64,000 nucleotides of DNA from Myxococcales bacterium (GTDB lineage Bacteria; Myxococcota_A; UBA9160; UBA4427): assembly GCA_014240165.1 (NCBI GenBank), contig JAAZXM010000009.1, positions 18,624 through 82,623 on the forward strand. Direction: 5' to 3'. Made by a program: the position numbers and the translations under genes. Below the pieces are notes generated by a model that saw nothing but the letters and a program-made list of their open reading frames with translations, did not search any database and was not told the origin of the DNA. Positions 51,524 through 60,351 of the stretch are shown in pieces (the stretch's first letter is position 1; every line of letters begins with the position of its first letter).

Positions 51524-53698
51524 TCAGCCCCCGCTGGTGCTCCCGATAAATAGCATGAAGAGCCAGGCCAGGATTTCGTAGGCCGCGGTCTTGATGGTGG
51601 TCCACCAGCCGGGTTCCTCGCGCAGGGCGCGGTCTTCATGGGCCTTCTCGATGACGAAGCCCTGGAGCGCCTCGACGTCGGCGGCGCTCAAGACGTCGCC
51701 AAAGCCGGGCATGCCGCGGCTCTCCAGGGCTCCATGGCGAACGATGGCCTGGAAATTGGCGTGGGCGCTCGCGGGGATGTGCCGGAGATCGGGGATCGAC
51801 CCCCCGCCCACCACGCCCGCGCCGTGGCAGAAGGAGCAGTAGTTCGCGTAGACGGCGCCGCCTCGGGCCAGGGCCGCCTCGGACAGTTCCATGAGGGGCG
51901 GCGGAGGCGGGATGGGTTTGGGGTCCGGGCGTTCGGGCAATTGGGCCTCGCCCCCCAATTTGAAAGCCAAGAGCCTCCCCTGAGCGGGGCGGCTGTCGGG
52001 CTTGAAGCCCGATGTGAGCCCGAAGGATCCGCCCCAGCCCGCCAGAACCGCGACGTATTGTTCCCCTTCGGCCATATAGGTGATGGGCGAAGCGATGACT
52101 CCGGTCTGGGTAGGAAAGCGCCAGAGCGGTTCGCCGTCTTGGGACCGGTAGGCGAGGAACGCGCCCTCGCCGCTGCCGTGAAAGAGCAGGCCGCTCGCGG
52201 TGGAGAGTACGCCGCCATTCCACGCCCTGGGGTAGGAGATCTGCCAGGCGGCCTTCTCTTCCCGGGGATTCCACGCCAGCAATCCGCCGGCGATCAAGCG
52301 ACCCTGGAGCACGCTGAGGAAGAGGGCATTGCCCGGGGGATTGTCACGGCGGTCGACCCCCACGTTGCGCAGCCCCCGCTCGATCTCCAAGGGCTCCCGG
52401 GCTTTGTAGGTGAAGAGCGAATCGATCACCGGGATGAAGACGAGGCCGAGTGCCGGGTCGTAGGCCATGGGCTGCCAGTTGTGCCCGCCGACACTGGCGG
52501 GCCGCACCGTGGCGCTTCCCTCGGCGTAGTCCTGCCCGGGGTTCTCCACCGGGCGCCCGGTCTTCAAGTCGTAGTGGCTGGCCCAGGTCACCTCGACATA
52601 GGGCTCCGCCGAAAGCAATTCGCCGGTCTCGCGATCCAGGACCATGAAGAAGCCGCTCTTGGGGGCCTGCATCAGGACCTTGCGCGTCCGGCCCTGCCAT
52701 TCCAGGTCGGCGAGGATCATGTGCTGGGTGGCGGTGTAGTCCCAGGTTTCTGCGGGAACGACCTGGTAATGCCATACGTACTCGCCGGTCGCCGGGCGCA
52801 GGGCGACGATGGAAGCGAGAAAAAGGTTGTCTCCGCCTTCGGGGCTGCGCAGCCGACGATTCCAGGGGCTGCCGTTGCCCACGCCGATATAGAGCAGGTC
52901 GAGTTCGGGGTCGTACGCCATGGAGTCCCAGACGGTTCCCCCCCCGCCGAGTTTCCACCATTCGCCGGTCCATGTTTCGGCGATGCGTCTTTGCACATCG
53001 TCTTCGAAACCGTCCGCCGGATTCCCCGGTACGGTGTAGAAGCGCCAGATGTGTTCGCCGGTTTCACTCGAATAGGCATCGAGGTAACCGCGTACGCCGT
53101 ACTCGGCACCCGAGTTGCCGATCAGGACATGGCCACGCACGACCCGGGGTGCGCCGGTGATGGAGTAGGGTTGGTCCGAGTCGACGGTCTGTACGCTCCA
53201 CGCCACCTGGCCGCTCTTGGCGTTCAGGGCAATCAGGCGGCCGTCCAGGGTGCCGACGAAGATTTTGCCCCGCCAGGCGGCGACGCCCCGGTTTACGACG
53301 TCGCAGCAGATTTTCCGCGCCACCGCCCGAGGAACCTGGGGGTCGTGGCGCCAGAGAAGCCGGCCGCTGGCACCATCCACGGCGTAGACCACGCTCCAGG
53401 TTCCCGTGAAATAGAGGACGCCGTCCACCGCCAGGGGCGTGGCCTCGAGGCCGCGTCGAGTGCCGAGATCCAGCGACCAGGCGAGGCCGAGATCGTCGAT
53501 ATTGTCCGGCCGGATTGCAGTCAGGGGGCTGTGGCGCTCTTCGGCGTAGCTTCGTCCGTGGGTCAACCAATTGCCGGGCTCATCGTCCGGGCGCACGAGG
53601 CGCTGGTGATCGATGCCGGTTGTCTCCGCCAGGGATGCGTGGAGCGGCACGCATAAAAGGCCGACAAGCCCGGCGAGGATCGAAAGTCGAAGCGGCAT
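51524..53698 (-). CDS. PQQ-dependent quinohemoprotein alcohol dehydrogenase (type II-like) with C-terminal cytochrome c domain
   Basis: ATG 53698 (signal MPLRLSILAGLVGLLCVPLHASLA). Eight-bladed W-motif propeller, vicinal Cys pair KICCDVVNRG and heme site CSFCHG. The 887-aa extension is rejected. Confidence 0.9.
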   Translation of the reverse strand: MPLRLSILAGLVGLLCVPLHASLAETTGIDHQRLVRPDDEPGNWLTHGRSYAEERHSPLTAIRPDNIDDLGLAWSLDLGTRRGLEATPLAVDGVLYFTGTWSVVYAVDGASGRLLWRHDPQVPRAVARKICCDVVNRGVAAWRGKIFVGTLDGRLIALNAKSGQVAWSVQTVDSDQPYSITGAPRVVRGHVLIGNSGAEYGVRGYLDAYSSETGEHIWRFYTVPGNPADGFEDDVQRRIAETWTGEWWKLGGGGTVWDSMAYDPELDLLYIGVGNGSPWNRRLRSPEGGDNLFLASIVALRPATGEYVWHYQVVPAETWDYTATQHMILADLEWQGRTRKVLMQAPKSGFFMVLDRETGELLSAEPYVEVTWASHYDLKTGRPVENPGQDYAEGSATVRPASVGGHNWQPMAYDPALGLVFIPVIDSLFTYKAREPLEIERGLRNVGVDRRDNPPGNALFLSVLQGRLIAGGLLAWNPREEKAAWQISYPRAWNGGVLSTASGLLFHGSGEGAFLAYRSQDGEPLWRFPTQTGVIASPITYMAEGEQYVAVLAGWGGSFGLTSGFKPDSRPAQGRLLAFKLGGEAQLPERPDPKPIPPPPPLMELSEAALARGGAVYANYCSFCHGAGVVGGGSIPDLRHIPASAHANFQAIVRHGALESRGMPGFGDVLSAADVEALQGFVIEKAHEDRALREEPGWWTTIKTAAYEILAWLFMLFIGSTSGG

Positions 53699-53781
53699 AC
53701 CCGGCAGATTTCCCGGACCACACCCAGGAACTCGCTTTTTACGAGGCCTTATGGCCGAAGCGGCGAAAGTTGTCGCGTCGT

Positions 53782-54600
53782 TCACCGCTCGTCGTCGAGG
53801 AATTGAAGCACGATTTGGTTGAAGCGTTCGGCGGACTCCACCATCACCAGATGACCCCCGTAGTTCAAGCTGACCATTCGGGAGTCCGGCAGGAGTTGGT
53901 CGATTTCGCGGAGGAATTTGGGCGGGGTCAGGATATCGTTCCGCCCGCAGAGCAGCAGCGTCGGATGTTCCAACGCCGACAGGCGCGTCGAGGTGTCGTG
54001 CGCCGCGCAGGCCTGGCATTGGCGGATGAAGAGATCTGCCGAGAAGGGGGCGCCTTCCTTGCGATAGAAGTCGGTCATCGCCTGGATCAGGTCGCTCTGC
54101 TCGATGGTGTCTTCGTGCAGTGTCCAGAGCAGCCGGTTGTAGATGAAGGTTTCGGTGGAGAGGCCCATGCCCACGAGTTCGGCCCAATGCTTGAGCAGCA
54201 TCAGGCGCTTCTTGTCCGGGCGTGCATAGGTGCCCACCAGGATCAGTCGCTCGACACGGTCAGGAGCGAGCAACGCCAGTTCCTGGGCCGTCATGCCGCC
54301 CATGAAGGGGCCCAGCACGTCGGCCTTTTCCACCTCGAGGCAGTCGAGCAGGCCGAGGGCATCCTGGGCCAGGTCCCGAGTGGTAAAGGGCTCGCCCGTA
54401 TCCTCGCTCTCGCCCACGCCGAGATGATCGAAGATGATCACCGGACGCGTCGGGGCGAAGTCGGGCATCTGGAGGGGCAACCAGCCGGCGCATGAGCCCG
54501 CCATGCCCATGATGAGCAAGAGCGGCCGGGCGCCGTCGGACTCGAGGTCACCGTGGCATTCGTAGTAGAGTTTTCGGCCAGCGAGATCAGCGAAAGGCAT
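53782..54600 (-). CDS. Alpha/beta-fold protein (enol-lactonase-like) with Phe at the nucleophile position (GPFMGG)
   Basis: 272 aa. The elbow reads DVLGPFMGGMTAQELA (GGC CCC TTC ATG GGC GGC at 54312-54295). Asp (GRNDILTP) and His (YGGHLVMVE) are retained. Confidence 0.75.
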   Translation of the reverse strand: MPFADLAGRKLYYECHGDLESDGARPLLLIMGMAGSCAGWLPLQMPDFAPTRPVIIFDHLGVGESEDTGEPFTTRDLAQDALGLLDCLEVEKADVLGPFMGGMTAQELALLAPDRVERLILVGTYARPDKKRLMLLKHWAELVGMGLSTETFIYNRLLWTLHEDTIEQSDLIQAMTDFYRKEGAPFSADLFIRQCQACAAHDTSTRLSALEHPTLLLCGRNDILTPPKFLREIDQLLPDSRMVSLNYGGHLVMVESAERFNQIVLQFLDDER

Positions 54601-54661
54601 GGGCCGCGAGGATAGGATTTCTCCGCCGCCTATGGGAGCCCACCGCTTGAGAGCGCTTGGC

Positions 54662-55252
54662 TCAGGCTCCCACTTTGCGAAGATCCGAAAGTACGCCCTT
54701 GGCGGTCGCCTTGAGGGTCTCGAAGACCCCCTCTCCGGTGGTCGCGCAGGCCTCGAATTCGGGTACGCCCGTTGGGTTCAGCTGCCGCCGCATCTCCTCG
54801 ATGGGAGTGACATTGGGCAGGTCGCGCTTGTTGTATTGCATCACCCAGGGGATCTTGCCGAGTTCCAGACCGTGCTCGATGAGGTTGGTCTGAAGATTCT
54901 CGAGACTCTCGATATTGGCCTCCATCCGTTCTTCCTGGCTGTCGGCGACGAAGACGGCGCCGTCCACACCCTTGAGGATCAGCTTTCGGCTGGCGTCATA
55001 GAAGACCTGGCCAGGAACGGTGTAGAGATGGAAGCGGGCTTTGAATCCGCGGATCTCGCCCAAGGCCAGGGGGAGGAAATCGAAGAAGAGGGTTCGCTCG
55101 GTCTCCGTGGCGAGGGAGATCATCTTCCCCTTCAGGTCCGGGTTCGTCCTGGCATAGACGTATTGCAAGTTCGTCGTCTTCCCGCATAGGCCCGGGCCGT
55201 AGTAGACGATCTTGCAGTTGATTTCACGTGCTGCGTAATTGATGAATGACAT
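54662..55252 (-). CDS. mglA: Ras-like motility/polarity GTPase MglA
   Basis: [31 protein letters not shown]...[37 protein letters not shown] is near-identical in pattern to Myxococcus MglA. Confidence 0.9.
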   Translation of the reverse strand: MSFINYAAREINCKIVYYGPGLCGKTTNLQYVYARTNPDLKGKMISLATETERTLFFDFLPLALGEIRGFKARFHLYTVPGQVFYDASRKLILKGVDGAVFVADSQEERMEANIESLENLQTNLIEHGLELGKIPWVMQYNKRDLPNVTPIEEMRRQLNPTGVPEFEACATTGEGVFETLKATAKGVLSDLRKVGA

Positions 55253-55264
55253 GATGGGGTCCGC

Positions 55265-55753
55265 TCAATCCGAAAAAAGGTTATCGATTTCGTCGTCGGA
55301 AATATCCGCGAACGTTTTCCCGTTCCCGGGTCCTTCGGCTTCGCACTTCTTCTTGATGGCTTCGAAAATTGTGGCGAGTTGGGTACTGGCCTTGCGGGCC
55401 CGCAGTCGGACCAGGCCGAGAGAGCTGCGCTGATCGAATACGACGACAAGGATTCCGCGTCCCCCGACCAGGGTCATGTGGAGGCTATCGCGCTCGCCTT
55501 GATGGACGTGAGTCGGGAATTCCTCTTCACCGAGCAGCTGCGCCAATCCCCCGGTGGCGGCGACGCAACCGGCTGTAAGACTAGCCAGGCTGGTGGTATC
55601 CAGGTTGCTCATTTCTCCCGTTTGGCGAATCAATTGCCCCACGCGATCCACGACGAAGACTCCCCGGGCTCTGGCGTTCTTCAGAAGGGGGTCGATCACC
55701 TTCTGGATCGCCAGAAAGTCGCCTTCGTGCATGACGAATTGGGATTCGGACAT
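55265..55753 (-). CDS. mglB: MglB, Roadblock/LC7-domain GAP of MglA
   Basis: ATG 55753. The Roadblock-like core is ARGVFVVDRVGQLI...SLASLTAGCVAATGGLA. 12 nt upstream of mglA. The 285-aa extension is rejected. Confidence 0.85.
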   Translation of the reverse strand: MSESQFVMHEGDFLAIQKVIDPLLKNARARGVFVVDRVGQLIRQTGEMSNLDTTSLASLTAGCVAATGGLAQLLGEEEFPTHVHQGERDSLHMTLVGGRGILVVVFDQRSSLGLVRLRARKASTQLATIFEAIKKKCEAEGPGNGKTFADISDDEIDNLFSD

Positions 55754-56051
55754 TTCACCCCTGTGGGTCTTCTCGGTCGCCTGAGTTTCGTCCGGCTCAT
55801 CGCCGCTCGCGTTCCGGGGGCTCAGAGGCCTCGGTTGTCGTAAGCGTTTGCTCGGAGATGATCCGGTGAACTTTGTTGCCGAGGTTTCGGCGCGGCTTCC
55901 GCGCACGGCACATCGGCGGATGACGACCCCGTCGCCACCTTCCTCTAAGGGATCGGCCGAAAGGGGGATGGGCTTTAGCGTTGTGCCGAGAAGACTTCTG
56001 CGCCGAACATGCCGCCGGACTTCGCGTCGGACTCCGACTTGACCGCTGGGC

Positions 56052-56675
56052 CTAGTCCAGGGTCCGGCGATTTTCCAGGGAGCGCCCAATCGTGACGTGG
56101 TCGGCGTATTCGAGGTCGCCACCCAGGGGCATTCCGTACGCGATTCGCGTGAGGGTGATGCGTGCGCCCTTCAGTTGTTCGGCAACGTAGTGGGCCGTGG
56201 CGTCGCCCTCGGCGTTGGGATTCGTGGCGAGGATGACCTCGCTGATTCCACCCGCCCGGATTCGCTGAAGGAGTTCGCCGATGCGGAGGGTCTCGGGCCC
56301 CATGCCATCGATGGGCGAGAGGGCCCCGCCGAGTACGTGGTAGTGGCCCTTGAAGCTGCCGCTCTGCTCGATGGAGGCGAGGTCGGCGGGCTCTTCGACG
56401 ACGCAGATCGAGGTGGCGTCCCGGGCGGGGTCGCCACAGATCGAGCATGGGGTCTGGGCGCCGAGATTGAAGCAGGACTCGCAGATCACCGTATCGGCCT
56501 TGATGCGCGCGATGGCGTCGGAGAGTTCGCCGATCAGTTCGTCCGGGGCCCCGAGCAGGAAATAGGCCAGCCGGGCAGCGGATTTCTCGCCGACGCCCGG
56601 AAGCCGTTTCAATCCGGCCACGAGCCGCTGCATGGCGGGCGAGGCGCCTCCCGCAGAGCGATGAGAAGCGGCCAT
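56052..56675 (-). CDS. recR: Recombination protein RecR
   Basis: LPGVGEKSAARLAYFLL HhH motif, Cys4 zinc finger CxxC..CxxC and a Toprim domain. Confidence 0.9.
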   Translation of the reverse strand: MAASHRSAGGASPAMQRLVAGLKRLPGVGEKSAARLAYFLLGAPDELIGELSDAIARIKADTVICESCFNLGAQTPCSICGDPARDATSICVVEEPADLASIEQSGSFKGHYHVLGGALSPIDGMGPETLRIGELLQRIRAGGISEVILATNPNAEGDATAHYVAEQLKGARITLTRIAYGMPLGGDLEYADHVTIGRSLENRRTLD

Positions 56676-56679
56676 GGGA

Positions 56680-57006
56680 TCAGCCCCCGTCTCCGGCCCC
56701 GGGCTGCATCATGGCGCCCTGGAGTTGTTGCAATTCCTGCTGGACACCGGCCTGGGCCTTTTCCAGCGCGGCGTTGACCGCGGAAGCCGCCAGATCCTGA
56801 ATCATTTCCCGGTCCCCGCCCTCAATCAGGGAAGGTTCGACGCGCAGTTCAAGTACGCGAAGCTGGCCACTGACCACCGCGGTCGCCATGCCGCCTCCAC
56901 TTGTGGCCTCGTAACGGCGGTGCACCAACTCCCGCTGAAGGTCGGCCATTTTCTGCTGGACGCGTTGGGCCTGCTTCAGCATTTCGTTCATGTCGGGCGT
57001 ACTCAC
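56680..57006 (-). CDS. ybaB: YbaB/EbfC nucleoid-associated protein
   Basis: 108 aa. MNEMLKQAQRVQQKMADLQREL... pattern. The GTG start overlaps the dnaX stop (GTGA). Confidence 0.9.
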   Translation of the reverse strand: MSTPDMNEMLKQAQRVQQKMADLQRELVHRRYEATSGGGMATAVVSGQLRVLELRVEPSLIEGGDREMIQDLAASAVNAALEKAQAGVQQELQQLQGAMMQPGAGDGG

Positions 57007-58769
57007 TTGGATGACTCCCCGCCCAGGGGCACGATCTTGACGATCTGCCCCCCGAGCGCCTTGATGGCCTCATTGAGAGCCGGATGGTTGAGTGCGGTCT
57101 GGATCTTTTCGCGTTCCCGGTCGCGCGCCTTGCCCGAGGGTGCGCCGACCTGGGCGCCCTCGTTGGGGCGCTCGAAGGGGGTGAGTTCCACCTTGACGGG
57201 CTGGTCGAAGAACTCCGTGGCGACTCTCTCCAGATCCTGCAAACGGTCCTCCAGGCGCTTGGCCTGGAAGGGCGAACTGGGCGCAATCCGAAGCGAGTGA
57301 TCGTTTCGCTCCAGAAGGACCGCATTCTCGAGCGAGGCGGAGAGGGGGCGGTCTTGTTTGCCCGCGAAGACGCGAAGCCGGTCGAGTACGTTTTCGAGGG
57401 GCGCTTCGGCGCTTTGCGGAGGGCCGGCATCCGCGGGCGTCGGCTCATCGGCGCCCGCAAGCGGGGCGGTTGGCTCCTGGGGCTCTTGGGGCCGTGGTGC
57501 TGCCTGCGCGGGGGGCGAGGCCTTCTTGGCCGGCTTGGGGGGGGCGCTCGCCGCCGGGCGGGCCTTTCCGGGCGTGCCGCCCGAGCCGGGCTCGGGGTTT
57601 CCCTTGCGGCCGCCGCCGGCCGCAGCGGCCGGCGCTTCCAGGCGTTTGAGGCGCTCGAGCAATTCGGCCACGTCCTCGCCTCGGGGCAGGATGGCCAGGC
57701 GCACCAAAGCCATTTCGAGCACCGCCGCGGGCTGGGGCGCCCATGCGAGGTTTTCATGCTCCGCCACCAGGGCCTTGAACATGCGGCGCAGGCGCGCAGT
57801 GCCGCCGCGTTTCGCGAGAGCCGCAAGGGCTTCGAGTTCGGCCTCGCCGCCCTCCACCAATCCCGGTGATGACGGCGCAACGCCCAGCACCACCAGGTCG
57901 CGGAGCAGCCCGATCAGGGCCTGGCCCAGGCGTTGGGGCTCGGCGCCCGATTGCAATGCCTTCTGACTCTCCTCCAGGGCCCGGGCCGGATCCTCATCGA
58001 TACACGCCCCGATGATTTCAGCCAACACCCGGCGATCCACGAGACCCAGCATGTCGGCGACTGTGGCGTCGGCGACCTCGCTGCCCCCGTAGGCAATGGC
58101 CTGGTCCAGGAGGGTCTGGGAGTCGCGCATGGAACCCTGTCCCTCTCGGGCGAGGTCGCGCAGGCTCTTATCCGAGATTTCGATGCCTTCGGATTTGCAG
58201 ATTTCCGTCAGCCGATCCGTGACCTCGCCCGTGGTGAAGAGTCGCAGGTCATAGCGCTGGCAGCGCGACAGAACCGTGAAAGGGATTTTTTCCGGGTTCG
58301 TCGTGGCGAAAATGAAAAGGCTGTTCGGCGGGGGCTCCTCGAGAGTTTTGAGCAGGGCGTTGAAGGCCGAGACGGAAAGCATGTGGACCTCGTCGATGAC
58401 GAAGATCCGATGCTTGCCCGGCGCCGCTGCGTAACGAATTGATTCGATCAAGACGCGGATATCGTCGACGCCGGTGCGGCTTGCGGCATCCACTTCCTGG
58501 ACGTCGGTGGAGTGCCCGGCAGAAATTCCCTCGCAGGGAGCGCATTTCCCGCACGGTGCATCGGTGGGCCCTTCATCGCAGTTGAGCGAACGGGCGATGA
58601 TTCGCGCCAGGGTGGTCTTGCCGACACCGCGAGGCCCAGTCAGGAGAATCGCGTGGGGGATGCGGCCGGTTAGGATCGCGTTGCGCAGCCCCTTCTTGAC
58701 ATGTTCCTGCCCCGAGACCTCATCGAAGGTCTGGGGTCGCCACTTTCGCGCGATAACCTGGTAGCTCAC
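57003..58769 (-). CDS. dnaX: DNA polymerase III subunits gamma/tau
   Basis: MSYQVIARKWRPQTFDEVSGQEHV, GPRGVGKTT, zinc module CxxxxxPCGKCAPC, VIDEVHML and SRCQRY. Pro/Ala-rich linker. Confidence 0.9.
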   Translation of the reverse strand: MSYQVIARKWRPQTFDEVSGQEHVKKGLRNAILTGRIPHAILLTGPRGVGKTTLARIIARSLNCDEGPTDAPCGKCAPCEGISAGHSTDVQEVDAASRTGVDDIRVLIESIRYAAAPGKHRIFVIDEVHMLSVSAFNALLKTLEEPPPNSLFIFATTNPEKIPFTVLSRCQRYDLRLFTTGEVTDRLTEICKSEGIEISDKSLRDLAREGQGSMRDSQTLLDQAIAYGGSEVADATVADMLGLVDRRVLAEIIGACIDEDPARALEESQKALQSGAEPQRLGQALIGLLRDLVVLGVAPSSPGLVEGGEAELEALAALAKRGGTARLRRMFKALVAEHENLAWAPQPAAVLEMALVRLAILPRGEDVAELLERLKRLEAPAAAAGGGRKGNPEPGSGGTPGKARPAASAPPKPAKKASPPAQAAPRPQEPQEPTAPLAGADEPTPADAGPPQSAEAPLENVLDRLRVFAGKQDRPLSASLENAVLLERNDHSLRIAPSSPFQAKRLEDRLQDLERVATEFFDQPVKVELTPFERPNEGAQVGAPSGKARDREREKIQTALNHPALNEAIKALGGQIVKIVPLGGESSK

Positions 58770-58876
58770 TAAGGCCTCGGGGTGCGCGCGGTCCGGATTG
58801 GGGCAGCGGGGGTAAGTGGGTTGAAGTCAGGGGTTGCGTGCAGTTTGGCCCGGCTCCTGCCCGGGCCGCCTAAGAA

Positions 58877-59008
58877 GTGTGCCGAGGGGAGACCGCAGGG
58901 CGACCCCACCCGCAGCCGAATTCCTGCTACGGCTGCTTCCTTCCGGATCTGACCGGGTTCACAGGGTCCCGAACTCGAGCGGGACCCTGCGGTCCGCCCT
59001 CGGCACAC
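58877..59008 (-). ncRNA. ffs: Signal recognition particle RNA (4.5S, ffs)
   Basis: The minus strand contains the domain IV core GGUCAGAUCCGGAAGGAAGCAGCCGUAGCAGG. It is closed by the long terminal helix GUGUGCCGAGGG...CCCUCGGCACAC. The position upstream of dnaX is the conserved one. Confidence 0.85.
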
Positions 59009-59079
59009 AGAAGGCGAAAGTACAGCCGCGTCGGGCCAGGGTCAAACGCGAGCTGGCGCTGGCTCCTCCAGGGGAATGG

Positions 59080-59172
<93 letters not shown>

Positions 59173-59209
59173 CGGTGGCCGGGACCCTAGCATTCCGACG
59201 CTGAGCCCG

Positions 59210-59230
59210 GCCCGGGCTTCCCGGGCTTTT
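59210..59230 (+). terminator. GC hairpin plus T4 (GCCCGGG-ctt-CCCGGGC-TTTT), terminator-like element upstream of infA
   Basis: Perfect 7-bp stem and 3-nt loop followed by TTTTCTC. No plus-strand gene lies upstream, so its function is unclear. Confidence 0.3.
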
Positions 59231-59348
59231 CTCGCTTGCCCAGATTGCGCGTGCTAGCGTGCGCCCCGCTGGACAGAGGGATCCGGGCCCAACTCCGCCC
59301 TCCCGTTCAGTAGGAGCCCTTCGGGCTTCCCTCCATGGAGAATTGCAT

Positions 59349-59585
59349 TTGGCGCGAGATGACTTGATTCAGGCGACGGGTAGCGTCGATAAGATCCTCG
59401 GCGGAGGGCGCTACCAGATTACCCTCGAATCGGGCCAGGTGGTGACCGCTCAACTCTCCGGGCGCATGCGTCGCTTTCGCATCCGGGTGATTCCCGGAGA
59501 CCGGGTGACGGTGGGCCTTTCCCCTTACGACCCCACGCACGGCTTTATTACGTTCCGCTTGCGCGAAGGTCAGAACGCGCCCTGA
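59349..59585 (+). CDS. infA: Translation initiation factor IF-1
   Basis: (M)ARDDLIQATGSVDKILGGGRYQITLESGQVVTAQLSGRMRRFRIRVIPGDRVTVGLSPYDPTHGFITFR. TTG 59349 with GGAG 7 nt upstream. The 108-aa ORF extension is rejected. Confidence 0.9.
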   Translation: MARDDLIQATGSVDKILGGGRYQITLESGQVVTAQLSGRMRRFRIRVIPGDRVTVGLSPYDPTHGFITFRLREGQNAP

Positions 59586-59618
59586 ACGCCGGCTTCCGGC
59601 TTCGGGCCTGAGTCCGCC

Positions 59619-60308
59619 ATGTCCACTCGGTCGCCCACTCGGTCGCCCAATCGATGGCGCAATCGATGGCTCGCCCTGTATATGCGGATGGTTGCCGCCT
59701 GGGATCGGCGGCAGCTGCGGCTCTTGATGCGGCGGCATCCCGGAGTCGAGATTCATCCCACCGCGGCCTCGGCTTTCGCTCGGGCGACCTTTGTCCTCGA
59801 GCCGGGGGCGCGTTTGACGATCGGCCCGGGCGTGGTGACCGAGCGCCGCCCCGATGGCGTTCGCATCTCGATTCGCACCGGCGGCGAAGTGGTGATCGGC
59901 GAGAATACCTGGCTGCGCAGCGACCTGGCCCCGGTGATCCTGAACGCCTATAGCGGGGCGCGGCTGGAAATCGGAGCCGATGGTTTTCTGAACGGGGCCC
60001 AGGTTTCCGCCAAGGCCGGGGTGACCTTGGGCCGCGGCACCTGGTTGGGGCCCGGCAGCCGGGTCTGGGACTCGGACCAGCACGCGCTCGATGAGGAGCA
60101 CCCGGAAAGGCCGCGGGCGGTGCGAATCGGCGACCATGTCTGGGTGGCGGCGGATGTCACCATCCTCTCCGGGGTGACCGTGGGCGATCATTGCGTGATC
60201 GGCACCCGCTCCCTGGTAACCTCCTCCATCGAGCCCCACTCCCTGGCCTTCGGCTCCCCCGCGCGTCCGCGGGGTACGGTGGGGGATCGCAGCCGGGTGC
60301 CCATCTGA
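59619..60308 (+). CDS. Left-handed beta-helix (hexapeptide-repeat) acyl/acetyltransferase
   Basis: Hexapeptide repeats (IGENTWL, IGADGFL, LGRGTWLGPGSRVWD, IGDHVWVAADVTILSGVTVGDHCVIG). Confidence 0.75.
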   Translation: MSTRSPTRSPNRWRNRWLALYMRMVAAWDRRQLRLLMRRHPGVEIHPTAASAFARATFVLEPGARLTIGPGVVTERRPDGVRISIRTGGEVVIGENTWLRSDLAPVILNAYSGARLEIGADGFLNGAQVSAKAGVTLGRGTWLGPGSRVWDSDQHALDEEHPERPRAVRIGDHVWVAADVTILSGVTVGDHCVIGTRSLVTSSIEPHSLAFGSPARPRGTVGDRSRVPI

Positions 60309-60351
60309 ACATCGCCGTGCTCGCTTTCTCGGCGTGTTAGGCTCCCGCCCC

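Noticed and set aside
51638-53656. 672-aa plus-strand ORF
   Set aside because: It is antisense to the PQQ quinohemoprotein ADH gene. The same reasoning rejects 61482-62963 (antisense to EF-G), 12712-14052 (antisense to trkA), 40246-41853 (antisense to rsmB), 46367-47857 and 46500-48173 (other frames over the GT39-TPR gene), 21177-22199 (antisense to the TBDR) and 59307-60362.
53699-54187. N-terminal extension of the PQQ-ADH ORF (887-aa version)
   Set aside because: The extension overlaps the upstream alpha/beta-fold gene and is Arg/Pro-rich. A canonical signal peptide begins at ATG 53698. Similar extensions were trimmed for mglB (55754-56122), greA (34392-34607), the SnoaL-like gene (18420-18653), the YdjM-like gene, the DUF420-like gene, rpe and infA.
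58270-58300. Programmed -1 frameshift / slippery site in dnaX (GGAAAAAAT run)
   Set aside because: The A6 run is not an A AAA AAG heptamer in the correct frame, and there is no downstream stem-loop or nearby -1 frame stop arrangement. It is probably incidental.
59210-59230. Terminator for a plus-strand gene upstream of infA
   Set aside because: The hairpin-T4 is real, but no plus-strand gene precedes it (tRNA-Ser and ffs are on the minus strand). It is kept only as a low-confidence feature, not as evidence for a hidden gene.
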